This document shows positions 61,525 to 64,000 of a stretch of 64,000 nucleotides of DNA, piece by piece; the first letter of the stretch is position 1; each line of letters opens with the position of its first letter. Below the pieces are notes generated by a model. The model did no database searches. It worked only from the letters and a program-made list of their open reading frames with translations, and was not told the DNA's origin. The stretch lies in the NCBI GenBank assembly GCA_043803405.1, contig JAZDKB010000019.1:96001-160000 (forward strand). The letters run 5' to 3'. The position numbers and the translations under genes are program-made. Source of the DNA: Spirochaetota bacterium (GTDB lineage Bacteria > Spirochaetota > UBA4802 > JAFGDQ01).

Positions 61525-61569
61525 GCTTATCTATAATATTAAATAAATGATATTAAAAGGAGCATTTAA

Positions 61570-61722
61570 ATGAAAACAAGACGAAATTCTATTCATATGT
61601 TGTTAAATTATGGCTGGTCCGACATTTCCATAGCAAAATACCTGATGATTAAACCGAATATTGTTAAGTATTATCGCTTTAAATTCGGTATAATTAAAAA
61701 TGAGTATCAGGGTTTCTACTAA
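61570..61722 (+). CDS. 50-aa small protein, HTH-like (not in ORF track)
   Basis: AAGGAG RBS; MKTRRNSIHMLLNYGWSDISIAKYLMIKPNIVKYYRFKFGIIKNEYQGFY*. Confidence 0.6.
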   Translation: MKTRRNSIHMLLNYGWSDISIAKYLMIKPNIVKYYRFKFGIIKNEYQGFY

Positions 61723-61854
61723 AATTATTCATCTAATAGGAGTTATTAATAAAAATTTTTAAAAATTTTACAGACGATATAAATTTGTTGTTGAAATAAA
61801 AATATAATATAATAATAATATTCTTTTTGCACATCAAATTAAAAAAGTATATTC

Positions 61855-62520
61855 ATGTCTCAGAAAAGCAAAAAGAAGATTGTTATTATTGATGATCACC
61901 CTGTTGTTCGCCAGGGGCTTAAGCTCATTATTGAGGACGAGGAGGATCTTTCTGTTTGCGCTGAGACCGGCAATGCCAACGAAGCCATAAGAATAATAGG
62001 CGAACTTAAACCGGACCTTCTGCTGGTCGATTTACAGCTGGAAAGTAATGCGAGCGGACTGGATTTAATAAAATCGGTGCAGCAGCGTTACCCATCTATT
62101 CCTGCCCTGGTAGTATCAATGCACGATGATTTCCTTTATGCCGAACGGGCTATTTCCGCAGGGGCAAAGGGATATATAATGAAAAGCGAGGCAGAGGATC
62201 ATATAATATCCGCTATCCACGATGTGTTGGCCGGCAAATTATATCTGCGCAATGAAACGTCTCTGAATATAGTTTCTAAAGTGCTTCATCGGTCTTCAGA
62301 ACCGTTAGAGCCTTCAATTGAACGGCTAACGGATAGAGAATTTGAAGTGTTTCAACTCCTGGGCAATGGCCTTGGGACTCAGAAAATAGCAAAAAAATTA
62401 AATCTTAGCATTAATACAATTGAAACCCACAGAAGAAATATAAAGTTGAAACTTAAGCTGAAGGACTCGGATGAACTGGTGCAGTATGCAATTCGCTGGT
62501 TTATAGACTCTCAGAAGTAG
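61855..62520 (+). CDS. NarL/LuxR-family response regulator
   Basis: IDDHPVVRQG, VDLQL, SMHD, LTDREFEV, TIETHR. Confidence 0.95.
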   Translation: MSQKSKKKIVIIDDHPVVRQGLKLIIEDEEDLSVCAETGNANEAIRIIGELKPDLLLVDLQLESNASGLDLIKSVQQRYPSIPALVVSMHDDFLYAERAISAGAKGYIMKSEAEDHIISAIHDVLAGKLYLRNETSLNIVSKVLHRSSEPLEPSIERLTDREFEVFQLLGNGLGTQKIAKKLNLSINTIETHRRNIKLKLKLKDSDELVQYAIRWFIDSQK

Positions 62521-62590
62521 TTGTTGCAGGCGAAATTATAAATTATCTGTTTGTAATTGTCTGCCCTTACTTCATATTCTTATCGATCAA

Positions 62591-63110
62591 TTATGATAGT
62601 GCCTTGGAATATTCGAAGCTGAGTGTGTAAGCAGTTTTTCCGCCATACTCTTTTTTAGATTGAAACATCTTTTGAATTGCAGGAGATGTTTCATTGTAAA
62701 CATTTTCCGATACGGAAAGCCCGTTTGCACATGTAGCGTTTTTCTCCAGTTTTGAAGCATAATTTATTACATCCGAAACGATGCTCCCTGTATCGTTATA
62801 AAATTTAACTATTCCGGAGTCTACACCCAGTCGGATATTAATTTCATCAGGGATCTTCTTTAAAGGTGAGGTGTTAAATACAGGAAGCGAGAATAATAGT
62901 TCCATACAGCAGGCAACGCCGGATATCATTTTTCCGTCGTTTCTGAATGCAATTATTGAACCGTCTCCGGAACGCGACCATATCCTGCCGTCAAACAGCT
63001 CGCATTTCTTTCTTATGAATTCCCATAAATAATAATATACTTCTTCAATGATGGAATTTTTATATTTTTTTACAAGGTTGGAATTATCACATATATCTAA
63101 TGTAAATAAG
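62591..63110 (-). pseudogene. Class III nucleotide cyclase domain, apparently 5'-truncated
   Basis: LDICDNS, GDG, IRLGVDSG and DVINYASKLE present. Coding-like sequence starts at the first catalytic strand; the upstream GTG has no RBS. Confidence 0.5.
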
Positions 63111-63254
63111 AAGCTGATGTTCGACAAAGCATTCCTTGAGAGAGCGTAATATTTGATGCAGAACCCGGTATCCAAAGGACGAAGCACTAGCTATTTTTGA
63201 GATGAGTTGCAGGCATTTATAATACAAATAATTATCGAGTATATAATACTTTTT

Positions 63255-63998
63255 TCAATTGTCAGTATACAATTCATAATAGTAACCATCGCCGGTGTAT
63301 AGTCTGCTCCGTTCATTGGGATTTATATAATGATCACCCTCCCGGATGAATTTTTTTATTACAGTGCCGGACTTAACCTTTCCATTCTTATGAAAGATAA
63401 CGATGCTTCTACCCTGGTCATTTTCATTTTCTTTCACGCCGCAGAATTTCAGATAGCCTTCAGAAGTTGATAAACTCTGGTTGTGTTCAAGTGAGCCCTG
63501 CATCAGTGTCCCATCCTTATGAAAATAAACTTTAAACTTCAGTGAGTCTGTATAAGCACGTTTATCTAAACCAGTAAATGCGACCTCTCTACGGTCAATA
63601 TTTATCTTCTGTGTATTTGCAAGGTATCCGCTTTCTATAAATCCATCCGGAAAAAATGAAACCGAATGTTTCCAGATGGATTCAAGTTTATTTTTATCTA
63701 TATTATCACTATAAATTTCAATATGTTGATTACTGCTGGTGAATGAATATGGGCGGCCATTAATGTTTAACATTAACATGGTGCCGTAGGTTAAATTAAT
63801 ATGATGTATTTGTCCATCCGGATACAGTGAAACTGCCGAAAGAAATATTTCAGCATCCGACTTTTTATACCTGATTCCTATAAAATTATTATCGGAACAG
63901 TAGTCCGATATATCTCTTAGATTATCTTTTTCATCCTGTCTGATGCAGTGCGGTTTAATGTTAAAAGCGTATTCAATAGATCCGTTTTCTTTAAATAC
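63255..63998 (-). CDS. Hypothetical repeat protein (MORN-variant-like), 5' end outside window
   Basis: Frame is open from the window end. Recurring F/Y-x-x-G-x-[ILV] units: VFKENGSI, LYPDGQI, FFPDGFI, FHKDGTL, FHKNGKV. Confidence 0.6.
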   Translation of the reverse strand, partial: VFKENGSIEYAFNIKPHCIRQDEKDNLRDISDYCSDNNFIGIRYKKSDAEIFLSAVSLYPDGQIHHINLTYGTMLMLNINGRPYSFTSSNQHIEIYSDNIDKNKLESIWKHSVSFFPDGFIESGYLANTQKINIDRREVAFTGLDKRAYTDSLKFKVYFHKDGTLMQGSLEHNQSLSTSEGYLKFCGVKENENDQGRSIVIFHKNGKVKSGTVIKKFIREGDHYINPNERSRLYTGDGYYYELYTDN

Positions 63999-64000
63999 AA

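Noticed and set aside
1..64000. Genome-wide TGA reassignment (code 4/25)
   Set aside because: rplI, mlaE and pcm end at TGA at their expected C-termini, and Trp is encoded by TGG.
1..64000. CRISPR array, rRNA, tRNA, prophage or intact transposase
   Set aside because: No regularly spaced direct repeats, cloverleafs or diagnostic protein motifs were noticed by eye.

Overview
AT-rich bacterial chromosomal segment using genetic code 11. Gene content (clade-X PFK, S18 with an N-terminal extension, many class III cyclase, PP2C and HD-GYP signalling proteins) suggests a free-living Spirochaetota lineage, which is inference only. The left ~37 kb is mostly housekeeping plus signalling: a cyclase, a hybrid kinase/PP2C, argB, a UDP-sugar pyrophosphorylase, an amidase, HtrA, rpsF-rpsR-DUF2232-rplI-dnaB-mlaE-pcm, PFK, tandem REC-PAS-HD-GYP genes, an acyl-CoA ligase, a MORN lipoprotein, dnaG-rpoD, folC and aroE. 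The right part is more accessory: a split YeeE/YedE pair, a benzoate-CoA-ligase-family gene divergent from a Na+/solute symporter, ldh, hemerythrin, DUF362, a radical SAM enzyme, an orphan nucleotidyltransferase, kdpABC-kdpDE and sensors/regulators. The best finding is a YeeE/YedE half-transporter whose conserved Cys codon is an in-frame TGA followed by a hairpin, and whose read-through frame ends overlapping the next ATG, making it a probable selenoprotein. Other highlights are a ~430-nt structured leader upstream of the symporter, a 5-copy palindromic repeat family plus REPIN-like elements, an anti-SD switch in the rpsF leader, an unannotated 50-aa HTH-like ORF, and a cyclase with a non-canonical specificity residue. 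No rRNA, tRNA, CRISPR array or intact transposase was seen.
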